A stretch of DNA of 63,229 bases, counting the filler, from Octopus bimaculoides (Eukaryota): NCBI RefSeq assembly GCF_001194135.2. It is 4 parts of 4 records of this genome, joined end to end, with 100 filler letters (N's around TTAATTAATTAA, not from the genome) between each part and the next. Parts side by side here need not be neighbours in the genome. Positions count along the whole stretch, not along the records: positions 24,574 to 44,439 come from NC_069008.1; positions 44,540 to 60,391 come from NC_068984.1; 2 more parts are not named here. The stretch is one strand, 5' to 3'. Below, in pieces: positions 37,393-49,074 of the stretch (position 1 is the stretch's first letter; each line of letters opens with the position of its first letter). The notes under the pieces were generated by a model. It saw only the letters and a list, made by a program, of their open reading frames with translations, did not search any database and was not told the DNA's origin. The position numbers and the translations under genes are program-made.

Positions 37393-38075
37393 TACACACA
37401 CATACACAGAGTAGTACCTTGGTTTTCAAACCACTCTGATCACGAATAAATTGTGCTTTATCTCTTGTCTTTCTGATATTCATGAACACCTGATCATGAA
37501 TAAATCATGCTTTCTATATATATANNNNNNNNNNNNNNNNNNNNNNNNNNNNNNNNNNNNNNNNNNNNNNNNNNNNNNNNNNNNNNNNNNNNNNNNNNNN
37601 NNNNNNNNNNNNNNNNNNNNNNNNNNNNNNNNNNNNNNNNNNNNNNNNNATATATACATATAGAAAGTGTGATTTAATCATGATCAAAGGTGTTTGAAAA
37701 CTGAGATACTACTGTATATATAAGAGTGTGTATGTATATGTAGACATGTAAAAATTCACTGACAAAGTAATATTTACTGCTTTGCTGTCAAATCATTGGA
37801 TTAATTCCAACAAAATACACACTATTTTTCTCAACTAAATATTTTCAAATTTGGACCAGCATTTAAAAAAAAAAAATCTTTCACACCCAAACTTGCTTAG
37901 GTGTCATTTTTGTGTGACAGGAGAGAGAAAAAGAATATAAAAGTTTTCTCTCTACAAAGAAGCAATTTAAAATAAATATATCTTAATTGTTGTGTAAGAA
38001 AAATATATATATTCTAATGATAAAATATAGTATCTTTTAAAAACATCCTTAATTTATAGACTATATCTTGTGTGT

Positions 38076-38304
38076 TTAACCCTTTAGTGTTTCAACCGGC
38101 TGTATCTGGCCCAAATATTCAACACATTTTATGCTCAAACTGGCCAGAGCCAGCATCTCACACCTACCCTGCAATGTCATTCTAAAAATAAGCAATTACA
38201 TCTTTCCTATCTTGAAGCTACAAAATAATATCAGATAATTTTTTTTTTAATGTGAATAAATAAGGATTACTTTTGGCAAATTAATCTGAATGCTAAAGGG
38301 TTAA
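38076..38304 (+). mobile_element. piggyBac-type MITE (TTAA)
   Basis: TTAACCCTTTAG ... ATGCTAAAGGGTTAA, with TTAA on both sides. Confidence 0.8.
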
Positions 38305-38439
38305 GAAAAAAATAACATTTTCTCTGCTACGCCACTATGTGTGTGTGAGAGAGGGGGATCAGAATCAGGAATATAAGAAAGCATTTGCAGAGCTGTTCTC
38401 TACATTGCAACCTGTCTTGTACAAGATGTACATTTAAGT

Positions 38440-39102
38440 ACTATACTTGCATCCATGAGGGAAAAGCTATTGAATTTTTTCGGAACCATGGTGTCCTGCC
38501 CACTACTGTGATATGTCCATATTGGAGTGAATGTGTGTATAGAAAGGACCAACATTATAGCGATGCAGAAAAAGTTACACTGTCACCAAATCGAAAAAGC
38601 GACGTTGGTGTGGCTATTCTGTATTGGACTTACATGGGTCCTTTCTTCATTATGCATGCATTTCTCTGTGGAAAATCATTGTTCATTGACGAATTTCATC
38701 ATCATTCTTGGAGCCATATCACAGTGATGGAAAACCTGGAATTGTGTTCAATAACGACTGTGAACTGGAGATTGTTTTGTTCCAAAGTCACAGAAAAGTG
38801 GCTTCACTCACAGGATCCTATAGATGGCAATTCAATTGAAGTTGAACTTGATGAAATTTTACTTGTCCACCAGAAATACAGGAGGGGGTCGAATTCTGAG
38901 CCAAGTTTGATTGATGGAATAGACCAAACCAGTAAGCGTTGTTTTGTTGTGTCACTTGTTAACAACAAAGCGACACTGGTTCCTCTGATCCAGGCATATA
39001 TCAAACCTGGCTCAGGTATTTATAGTGATTCTTGGGCTGCCTACAATGAGCTAAGCAGTTTGGGTTAGCACCATTACGTGGTAAACCATTCTGAAAATTC
39101 CT
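38440..39102 (+). mobile_element. Merlin-superfamily (IS1016/ISXO2-like) DDE transposase remnant
   Basis: AIEFFRNHGVLP...CP; TVNW..FC..V...WL..Q.PI.G..IEVELDE; KYRRG; GIDQTSKRCFVV; TLVPLIQAYIKPGSGIYSDSWAAY.EL..LG*.HYVVNHSE. Confidence 0.85.
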
Positions 39103-39679
39103 AGGTTTTACATATTGGAATGAACTTTTTCAGAAAAATGCATTTTTTTTAAGGGGAGGTGCAAATCTGCATGATAGTCCCATCCCCAAAATCTCGTGAT
39201 TTTAGTGGGTGCCCGGAATAGTTTTTCCATCATCCTAAAAACTTCATGGATGCAAAAAAACAAAACCGACATATATGACAGGTATGTAAAACATATTTCT
39301 GTGTGCTTTTCTCTGTTTATTCTTGTAAGTCATTGAAATTGATGCATGCGCACACACAAACACAAAAATTCTCCAGGCATTTGGCTGTTATTTTTAGCAT
39401 ATTGGCAGTTCCAGTGATTCCAGTTTCCCACCCACCCCCTTTTTTCTGAACAAAAGTTAGGGGATGGAAGCACATTAGGAGGTCAGGGTACTTAATTCCA
39501 TGACAGAAATTTAAGTTTTTTCTTTTTTTCTTAATGAAAATTGTGCAGATGAAAGTATCAAACTTTACTGCTATTTCTTGCTATGGAAGCTTTTTTGTTG
39601 ACTGTCCATCGTTGCTACATTAGTTTGTTGTGTGATTTAGTTTGAGAACTATTTTGTATTACACTTCAATCACATTATT

Positions 39680-39878
39680 ATAATTTGGTTTCAAATTTTG
39701 TCACAATGCCAGCAATTTCGAGGGTGGGTAAGTCGGTTACAGTGCTTAACAGGTACTTATTTTATTGTCCCCAAAAGACAAACTCAACCTTAGCGGAATT
39801 TGAACTAAGAACATAAAGACGGTTGATATGCCATCAAGCATTTTGCCTGGTGTGCTAATGATTCTGCCGCCACCTTAA
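39680..39878 (-). mobile_element. SINE family B
   Basis: Reverse complement of the family B head, core and tail; CpG-decayed. Confidence 0.75.
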
Positions 39879-40064
39879 TGCTTTATTAAACGTCTCGAAT
39901 GCTTTGTTTGGTTTTGTATTTTTTTTATCATGGTAGGACTACAGATATTCTCCCATCACCATCATCACAACCACCTCATTGGTTTCCTCATAACTTTGTG
40001 AAAGATATTAAGTGAAACTTTCTACAAATACGTTTCAGATAAGTAAAATTCCAATTATATCGAA

Positions 40065-40228
40065 ATTTACATCGACCCCAGTGCATAACTGGTACTTATT
40101 TAATCCACCCTGAAAGGATGAAAGGCTAAGTTGACCTCGGCAGAAATTGAACATAGAACGTAACAGCAGATGAAATACCACTGAGCATATCGCCTAATGT
40201 GCTAACGTTTCTGCCAGCTCGCTACCTT
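40065..40228 (-). mobile_element. SINE family B, abutting the left edge of the ZNF2 duplication
   Basis: CATCGACCCCAGTGCATAACTGGTACTTATTT ... GCTAACGTTTCTGCCAGCTCGCTACCTT. Confidence 0.85.
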
Positions 40229-40367
40229 TCTGTAATGTAAATATTAGTAAATTAAAATGTTTAGTTGTTAAGGTAAATGTTTGTTTCTGTAATTAACCTC
40301 TATAGAAATGTTATAAATTTTCCACTATTAAATCTGTTTTTCAATTAGTCTCTATATTTTAAACTGA

Positions 40368-40386
40368 TGTTTCTTCATTATTTCAG
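40368..40386 (+). other. Candidate 3' splice acceptor of the ZNF2 terminal exon
   Basis: Pyrimidine tract plus TTTCAG at the position homologous to 26288. Confidence 0.55.
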
Positions 40387-40797
40387 AATCATAGATGATA
40401 TTGGACGAACAGAAGATGCACCTTGAAAATGTACCATCATTTAAAGACTGAATGTAAATGCATTATGGAAGATATAGCTAGCACTGTTTCTATGAATTCA
40501 TTTTAAAATTCCAATGATATTTTGCTCTGAACTGAGATTATTAGCAAACTTTCTGTCTCATAATCTGGAGTGTATACAAAGTGAGTTTGTGTGATAATTA
40601 AACTTGGATAATTTTCATAAGTTTTTAGATAAAGGTAACATTGGACAGAAATACAGCAGCTGAAAAAATGGTAAAGAATAAATAATAAAAACAAAATCAA
40701 CAACAAATATATAGAAATGTAGAAATATTTTGATTTGGAAAGAAAAAAATATTGCAAAGACATCAAAAATTTAAGAAACTGATTTTTTCTTGAAGAC

Positions 40798-42330
40798 ATG
40801 TCTAAAGATACAGGAAAGCCATCACATGAATTTGACATTTGTGAAAAGTCGTCCTCCAAGAATGGTAACCTAATCAAAAATAAGCGTATTCATACAGGGA
40901 AGAAACAATATTACTGCAATATCTGTGGGAAATCATTCTCTGTACATAGTAACTTAACATCTCACTTTCGAATTCATACAGGTGAGAAGCCATATCAATG
41001 TGATATCTGTGGTAAATCATTCTCACAGAATGGACAGCTAACTACACACAAACGTACTCATACAGGAGAGAGACCATATCACTGTGGTGTTTGTGGTAAA
41101 TCATTCTCTGCAGGGAGTGCTTTATATTTTCACAAGCGAATTCATACAGGAGAGAATCCATATTGTTGTGATATATGTGGTAAATCATTCTCTGTACATA
41201 CTAACTTAACATCTCACCGCCGTGTTCATACAGGAGAAAAGCCATATCAATGTAATATCTGTGGCAAATCATTCCGTCAGAATGCAAGCCTAACTACACA
41301 CAAACGTATTCATACAGGTGAGACACCAAATCATTGTGATATTTGTGGTAAATCATTCACTCAATTTCATTACTTAATTTCTCACAACCGTATTCATACA
41401 GGAGAAAAACCATATTGTTGTGATATATGTGGTAAATCATACTCTATACGTAGTAGCTTCACATCTCACAAGCGTATACATACAGGAGAGAGGCCATATC
41501 ACTGTAGTATTTGTGGTAAATCATTCTCTGCAAGTAGTGCTTTAAATTCTCACAAGCGAATTCATACAGGAGAGAAGCCATATTGCTGTTATATCTGTGG
41601 TGAATCATTCTCTCAGATTTCTACCCTAACTTATCACAAACGGATTCATACAGGGGAGAAGCCATATCAGTGTGATATCTGTGGCAAATCCTTCTCTGGA
41701 AGTGGTAAGCTAACTAAACACAAACGTATTCATACAGGAGAGAAGCCATATAGCTGTAATATCTGTGGTAAATCATTCTCTGTCAGTGGTGCCTTAACAT
41801 CTCACAAGCGAATTCATACAGGAGAGAAGCCACATCACTGTGGTATTTGTGGTAAATCATTCTCTCAAAGTAGTGCTTTGAATTCTCACAAGTTCATTCA
41901 TACAGGAGAGAAGCCATATTGTTGTGATATCTGTGGGAAATCTTTTGCTGTAAGTAGTCAATTAAGGATGCACCACCGCATTCATACAGGAGAGAAGCCA
42001 TGTCAGTGTGATATTTGTGGTAAGACCTTCACTAGATGTAGTTATCTCATTACTCACAAACGGGTTCATACAGGGGAGAGGCCATATCAATGTGATATCT
42101 GCAGCAAATCATTCTCTGATAGGGGTTCTTTAATAATACATAAACGTATTCATACGGGAGAGAAACCTTATTGCTGTCATATCTGTGGTAAATCATTTAC
42201 AACAAGTAGTCACTTAAGGCTGCACCAGCGCATTCATACAGGAGAGAAACCATGTCAGTGTGATATCTGTGGTAAGTCCTTCTCCGGAAGTAGTAATCTC
42301 ATTACTCACAAACGTGTTCATACAGGGTAG
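40798..42330 (+). CDS. Poly-C2H2 zinc-finger protein (510 aa; 1 degenerate + 17 intact fingers), ZNF copy 2
   Basis: Uninterrupted ORF with 17 C2H2 units and TGEKPY linkers; recognition helices match ZNF1 in order (e.g. VHTNLTS, QFHYL, IRSS, SSALNS). Confidence 0.95.
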   Translation: MSKDTGKPSHEFDICEKSSSKNGNLIKNKRIHTGKKQYYCNICGKSFSVHSNLTSHFRIHTGEKPYQCDICGKSFSQNGQLTTHKRTHTGERPYHCGVCGKSFSAGSALYFHKRIHTGENPYCCDICGKSFSVHTNLTSHRRVHTGEKPYQCNICGKSFRQNASLTTHKRIHTGETPNHCDICGKSFTQFHYLISHNRIHTGEKPYCCDICGKSYSIRSSFTSHKRIHTGERPYHCSICGKSFSASSALNSHKRIHTGEKPYCCYICGESFSQISTLTYHKRIHTGEKPYQCDICGKSFSGSGKLTKHKRIHTGEKPYSCNICGKSFSVSGALTSHKRIHTGEKPHHCGICGKSFSQSSALNSHKFIHTGEKPYCCDICGKSFAVSSQLRMHHRIHTGEKPCQCDICGKTFTRCSYLITHKRVHTGERPYQCDICSKSFSDRGSLIIHKRIHTGEKPYCCHICGKSFTTSSHLRLHQRIHTGEKPCQCDICGKSFSGSSNLITHKRVHTG

Positions 42331-42825
<495 letters not shown>

Positions 42826-43023
42826 AGCAGTATAACTATCAGTCTGAAAATTGTTAAGGCAGGCTTAGCTTTGTGAACTTTACGCATGACATCAAACAAG
42901 CCACTGATCATGGCTGACTTTCTGAGGTAGTCTTTTACAGCTGGTTGAACTTTTAATTATGCCAACCTCTTTTAGCATGGTCAGATATGGTTTACTGTTA
43001 AATTTCTTGGTATGAGAATCAGG

Positions 43024-43029
43024 AATAAA
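43024..43029 (+). promoter_or_regulatory. Candidate polyadenylation signal AATAAA (ZNF2)
   Basis: Homologous to 29357-29362. Confidence 0.4.
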
Positions 43030-43485
43030 CACCCTCATCTATAAGTGTAAATGTATTCACATTGGAAAGGAGACATAACTGTATGGCAACAGCCTCCCCA
43101 CACTGTATTTATATTAAAACACCTAAACACTTGAGATAACTTACATGTGTGACATTTTTTTTATAAAAGTGCTTTCTTCCAGATTTTGAATTTGTTTTGA
43201 ATGTGTTGAAACCAATATTGTTATATTTGAGGAAAAAAAACGTAATTAATAAAGCCTATGAACACACTGGTTACTGTTTGCCTCTATTTCACTTCTTTTT
43301 ATTTCAAAAGTATTTGATGTATGTTTGTTTCCAACGTATTTTTTGCTATATCCATCTGTAGCCTTTTGAATGATGTGAAAAATATTTGGAGAGGATATAG
43401 GCAATTACTAATGTTGTAAAAGAAGTGAAAAATAGACAAAGAGCAATATATACCCTGCATATAACATTTGTGGAGACAAGATGTT

Positions 43486-43626
43486 AATGTGTTTACGTCC
43501 CCTGTAATGTAGCAGTTCAGCTACAGAGACCAATTGAATAAGCACTAAGCTTACAAAGAATAAGTCCTGAGGTGATTTGTTTGACTAAATACGGTGCTCC
43601 AGCATGGCTGCAACAACTGACTAAAA
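43486..43626 (+). mobile_element. SINE family C 3' fragment at the right edge of the ZNF2 duplication
   Basis: TGTTTACGTCCCC.GTAA ... GCTTACAAAGAATAAGTCCTG ... GGTGCTCCAGCATGGC. Confidence 0.8.
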
Positions 43627-43649
43627 GGATAAAACAATATATTTATAGA

Positions 43650-44438
43650 CATCGCCGAAGGGACACCTACATGCCATTGGAAAAATCAACAAATTGGTCA
43701 ATGGGTTCCTCACAAACTATCCAAGTCCTATTGCGTGCAGAGAGTGAATGTGTACTCTTCTTTGCTGTTACGTTTCATGAATGAACCTTTTTTGGACTGA
43801 ATAGTTACTGATGATGAGAAATGGTTCTCTATAAAAATGTCAAGCACCGAAGACAGTGGGTAAGGAAATGAAAAACACCAGCACCCCAGGCTAAAGAAGG
43901 TCTTCACCTATGCAAGGTGTTTCTATCTGTTTGGTGGGAATATGAAAGGTTTAGTCCACTTTGAACTTTTAAACCCAAACCAAATGATAACAAAGGAAAT
44001 CTACTGTGAACACCAGACAAATGACCATCTTTGGTTTCAAGACAAAAGGTGTTCTTTCATCAGGATAATGATCGGCCACATACAGTGAAGATGACATTCT
44101 AAAGGCTGGAGCAGTTTGAATGAGAAACGATGCCCTACCCACAATATTCACCAGACACTGCCCCATCTGGTTATCATACATTCCACAGTGTTCAAAATTA
44201 TTTGAACGAAAAAAAAAAAGAATTCTGCAGATGAGGTCAGAACAATACCGGAGGAGTTTTTTGCATCACGGACAAGTGAATTTTGGAAGAGGAGGCCTGC
44301 AAGTCTACCAGATGGATCGAAGAGCATTGTAAAAAATGAAGGAGAGCTTATTTTAGATTAAAAAAGAACTTTGTTTATCTTAATTTTGAAAAATAAAAGA
44401 AGCATAAAAAACCACATTATTTATGGGATGACCCAATA
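43650..44438 (+). mobile_element. Mariner transposase remnant (central and C-terminal) with 3' TIR
   Basis: Degenerate HLHAIGK..K...(W)VPHKL, IVTDDEKW, VWW...GLVHFELL, FHQDNDRPHT, PYPQYSPDTAPSGYHTF; ends ACCACATTATTTATGGGATGACCCAATA. Confidence 0.92.
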
Positions 44439-44439
44439 T

Positions 44440-44539
44440 NNNNNNNNNNNNNNNNNNNNNNNNNNNNNNNNNNNNNNNNNNNNTTAATTAATTAANNNNN
44501 NNNNNNNNNNNNNNNNNNNNNNNNNNNNNNNNNNNNNNN
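44440..44539. other. Artificial scaffold-join spacer
   Basis: 44 N + TTAATTAATTAA + 44 N. Confidence 0.95.
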
Positions 44540-44893
44540 CCCCCTCTCTCCCTCCCCCTCTCCCTCCCTCTCTCTCTAACTTTCCACTTCTTCAACTCAA
44601 ACTCGATGTGTCTATCTATATATAGTAATTATATTTCTGTCTGTCTGGTCGCCTGACCTGCTAAATCTAGCAGAGAAATCTACAAACCATACCCCACTAT
44701 CTTAAAATAGGACACACTGGTTCCTCTGGTCACGGTGACTGTAATTCAGTATTTATTTTTTAAACCTCGTTAACTGTGTACCTGTATCTCACCCTTCTTT
44801 TTACTCTGTCGGTCATATTTTCTCATCTTGTCTCTCGGGGTCTTTGTATGTATGGCATTCTATTATCTCTCTTTCCTCTTTCCTGATCTTTCT

Positions 44894-45062
<169 letters not shown>

Positions 45063-45069
45063 TATTTTT

Positions 45070-45228
45070 TTTCTCTCAATCCCTTTTGATCGAACTCCCC
45101 CCTTTTTCCTTTCCTACGATCCCTTTTGATCGACCCCCCCTTTTTTTTCTTCCCCCTCCCAAAAAGAAAAGCTCTACATTGTATTTGTCCCATCTTCGTT
45201 GAGCCCTGTGTGGCTAATAAAAGAAATG

Positions 45229-45235
<7 letters not shown>
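45070..45235 (+). repeat. Dispersed repeat, copy 1 (inverted partner at 60153-60391)
   Basis: 84-bp core 45152-45235 is identical to the reverse complement of 60153-60236; GATCCCTTTTGATCG sub-repeats; flanked by (TATC)n. Confidence 0.9.
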
Positions 45236-45261
<26 letters not shown>

Positions 45262-45630
45262 GTCTATCTATGCCTCTCGTCTTCGTGCATGTATATTTGT
45301 GTGAGTGTATGTGTGTGTATGTGTGTGTATGTGTGTGTATGTGTTGCATGTATGTGTACGTATGTGTGTATGTGTATGTGTGCGGGTGTGCGGGTGTGTG
45401 TGTGTGTGTGTGTTTGTGTTTGTGTGATCGTCTATTTTAGCTATCATTCATTCATTTCTGTCTCTCCTCTCCCTGATTGTCTACCTCGCCCTTCTCATTA
45501 CATCTCTCTTTTTTTCCACCTAGCCCTCCTGTTTATCAATCTGCCTCTCCATAATCGTCCCCCATTTTAACGTTATTCTCTCCTTTTGTCAATGTCTGCA
45601 TTTGTCTTCCTCAAACTCTCCATCTAACTT

Positions 45631-45681
<51 letters not shown>

Positions 45682-45868
45682 CGGAGAGACAAAGAGAGTA
45701 GAAGAAAGACAGTTTAAATAGAAGGGACAATTATATACATCTCGATAAACATAGATGAGGTGGGAATGATTAAGAGGATAGGCGTCTACATGTGTTTCTG
45801 CCTCAATAAGAGTCATCAACACAACAAATGATCCACCCTAATTTCAGTAGCCAAGTGACTTCGTCATA

Positions 45869-45900
<32 letters not shown>

Positions 45901-45966
45901 CATACATGCATACATATGTATGTATTTATGTATGTATGCATGTATGTATGTATGTATGTATGTATG

Positions 45967-46009
<43 letters not shown>

Positions 46010-46390
46010 ATAAATATATGTATATATATATATGTTGTTGTACTTGGGGATGGTCATATTGCCAGTTTAGCCAACATGACCATCCCCAAGTACAACAACA
46101 TCTGTTTCAACACACGATTTCACATCAAAAATCTTGCAAAACAAATATATATATATATATATATACATATATATATCTTTGTACTTTGTACTTTTTTGTT
46201 CTCTCTTTCCTTCTCTCACTCCGTCACCAGCTCCACTTCACGCTAATTTTCCATTACTCTCTGTCTCGCTCATTCACTCTTTTTCTCGTTTATGACATAA
46301 TCAACTTGACAACCTATATCCATTCGCTCTTTCTTTCTACAATCATCTATTTGTATATCTGTGTGTATGTCTGATTATTAGGTTTTTCCG

Positions 46391-46442
<52 letters not shown>

Positions 46443-46686
46443 TCAGTCTTTTCTCACTATCTCTATCACAGTGTCGTGTGTATGTGAATATGGAAGTACG
46501 TATGAATGTGAAAATGTGGGTGTGTAGGACTTTGTGTGCGCATGAGCATAAGTTTGGGAGTATGTGTGTGAGCGTATACCTCTCAATCTGGTTTAACCGA
46601 GTTTCTGCAAGTCTGAAAGATCCTTAACGTAGTCGTTCACTCTGTTAGAAATAGCAGTCAAATCTCATTTAGCTAACAGTCTAGCA

Positions 46687-46924
46687 CAGTGTTTCTTAAC
46701 CATATTATGGACCCTTTTGATTCCAGTTTTCCTCTATAGGATCCCACGTCATCATTTGAAGTTTTGAAAAGTTCCATTATATTTTTATTAGGAATTGTAT
46801 AAAATAAATTGTTAAAATTTTTTGTGTATTGTAGAAGTATAATCGATTTCTTGCACATGATTTTCAACAACTAAATATTATATGGACCCCACAAGGGCCA
46901 TATGGACCCCGGTTGAGTACCTAT
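46687..46924. mobile_element. Degenerate hAT-type MITE
   Basis: Imperfect TIRs CAGTGTTTCTTAACC / GGTTGAGTACCTAT, repeated ATGGACCCC subterminal motifs, flanks GTCTAGCA / CACTAGCA. Confidence 0.45.
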
Positions 46925-46957
46925 CACTAGCATCTTCAAAAAGAAATTACACATTGG

Positions 46958-47345
46958 GTTGTTGTTGTTGGCACTCCGTCGCTTACGACGTTGAGGATTC
47001 CAGTTGATCCCATCAACGGAACAGCTTGCTCGTGAAATTAACGTGCAAGTGGCTGAGCACTCCACAGACACGTGTACCCTTAACGTAGTTCTCGGGGATA
47101 TTCAGCGTGACACAGTGTGACAAGGCTGACCCTTTGAAATACAGGTACAACAGAAACAGGAAGTAAGAGTGAGAGAAAGTTGTGGTGAAAGAGTACAGCA
47201 GGGTTCACCACCATCCCCTGCCGGAGCCTCGTGGAGCTTTAGGTGTTTTCGCTCAATAAATACAGAACGCCCGGTCTGGGAATCGAAACCGCGATCCTAT
47301 GACCGCGAGTCAGCTGCCCTAACCACTGGGCCATTGCGCTTCCAC
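46958..47345 (-). mobile_element. SINE family A with 9-bp TSD
   Basis: TSD ACACATTGG at 46949-46957 and 47346-47354. Confidence 0.93.
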
Positions 47346-47540
47346 ACACATTGGATAATGTAGTTCTAAATACACTGTGTCTCAATTCCAGCTGACCTGG
47401 AGCTAAATAGTAACTAGGTTTGTCTGTCTTTTTCTCAGTAGATAGTTAACCTCGGGTCAGCTCTAATGGATACGACCTTATTATCAAAGGCGCTAGCAAG
47501 CATGAATATGTTAATGTGTAAGCACACAAGTGTGTGTGTA

Positions 47541-47584
<44 letters not shown>

Positions 47585-48783
47585 TGCGGCTGTGTGCATG
47601 TGTGTGAATGTATAAGAGTGTGCACGAGTTAGTACGGGAATAAGAGGGTGCATAAAAATGTTTGACGTAAACGTCTGTACGCGCATGCTTCATGTATCTG
47701 TTTGTGTGCGTATGTCTGTGTGCGTGTATGTGTGCGTGCGCGTGTTATGTGTCCTGCTCTATTCTTGCTGAGTTCTGAGCTTGTCCACAGCTGTCTTTAG
47801 TTTTCTTTTACTTTCGATAGTTTTCTGTGATTCTCTAAGTATGTATGCATCTTCCTCCATATCTCTAAATAATTGGTCTCGGCTTCGCTTATCTTTCAGC
47901 CTGCTTTTAAATTTGTTTGTTTGTATGTATGTATGTATGTATGTATGTATGTATGTATGTATGTATGTATCTGCGTGTGTGTTTGTGTGTGTGTGTGTTT
48001 ATTCCTGTCTTATTTCTAGCAATACTGGTGCTGACTAGTGCCCTTAGTCACTTTAATTGACGTATATATTTCTGCCTTTCAGTTGTAAAATATATATATA
48101 TATATAAATATATATATNNNNNNNNNNNNNNNNNNNNNNNNNNNNNNNNNNNNNNNNNNNNNNNNNNNNNNNNNNNNNNNNNNNNNNNNNNNNNNNNNNN
48201 NNNNNNNNNNNNNNNNNNNNNNNNNNNNNNNNNNNNNNNNNNNNNNNNNNNNNNNNNNNNNNNNNNNNNNNNNNNNNNNNNNNNNNNNNNNNNNNNNNNN
48301 NNNNNNNNNNNNNNNNNNNNNNNNNNNNNNNNNNNNNNNNNNNNNNNNNNNNNNNNNNNNNNNNNNNNNNNNNNNNNNNNNNNNNNNNNNNNNNNNNNNN
48401 NNNNNNNNNNNNNNNNNNNNNNNNNNNNNNNNNNNNNNNNNNNNNNNNNNNNNNNNNNNNNNNNNNNNNNNNNNNNNNNNNNNNNNNNNNNNNNNNNNNN
48501 NNNNNNNNNNNNNNNNNNNNNNNNNNNNNNNNNNNNNNNNNNNNNNNNNNNNNNNNNNNNNNNNNNNNNNNNNNNNNNNNNNNNNNNNNNNNNNNNNNNN
48601 NNNNNNNNNNNNNNNNNNNNNNNNNNNNNNNNNNNNNNNNNNNNNNNNNNNNNNNNNNNNNNNNNNNNNNNNNNNNNNNNNNNNNNNNNNNNNNNNNNNN
48701 NNNNNNNNNNNNNNNNNNNNNNNNNNNNNNNNNNNNNNNNNNNNNNNNNNNNNNNNNNNNNNNNNNNNNNNNNNNNNNNNNNN

Positions 48784-48852
<69 letters not shown>

Positions 48853-48908
48853 AAATTAACTTGTGTAAAAATCAATAAGAAGAGTACTCCATCTAATGAA
48901 AGTCTAAT

Positions 48909-49074
48909 ATTACTATAAATGCTTCACACTACATGCATTATATGCGCTACTAATAGTTTCACGTACAGAAGTACGTTCATCAGGCGCTGATTGAAAAGGT
49001 TCAATAAGCGCCTGATGTACGTGAAACTATTAGCTGCGCATATAATGCATGAGGTATGAAGCATTTATAGTAAT
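48909..49074. repeat. 166-bp long inverted repeat containing the hammerhead
   Basis: Arms ATTACTATAAATGCTTCA...GATTGAA and TTCAATAAGCGCC...GCATTTATAGTAAT around a 4-nt AAGG loop (48996-48999). Confidence 0.95.
48944..48987 (-). ncRNA. Candidate minimal type I hammerhead ribozyme
   Basis: Minus strand GCGC-CUGAUGA-ACGUAC-UUCU-GUACGU-GAAA-CU-AUU-AG-UA-GCGC: 4-bp stem I, exact core, 6-bp stem II, 3-bp near-palindromic stem III, GUA triplet; predicted cut between 48948 and 48947. Confidence 0.8.
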
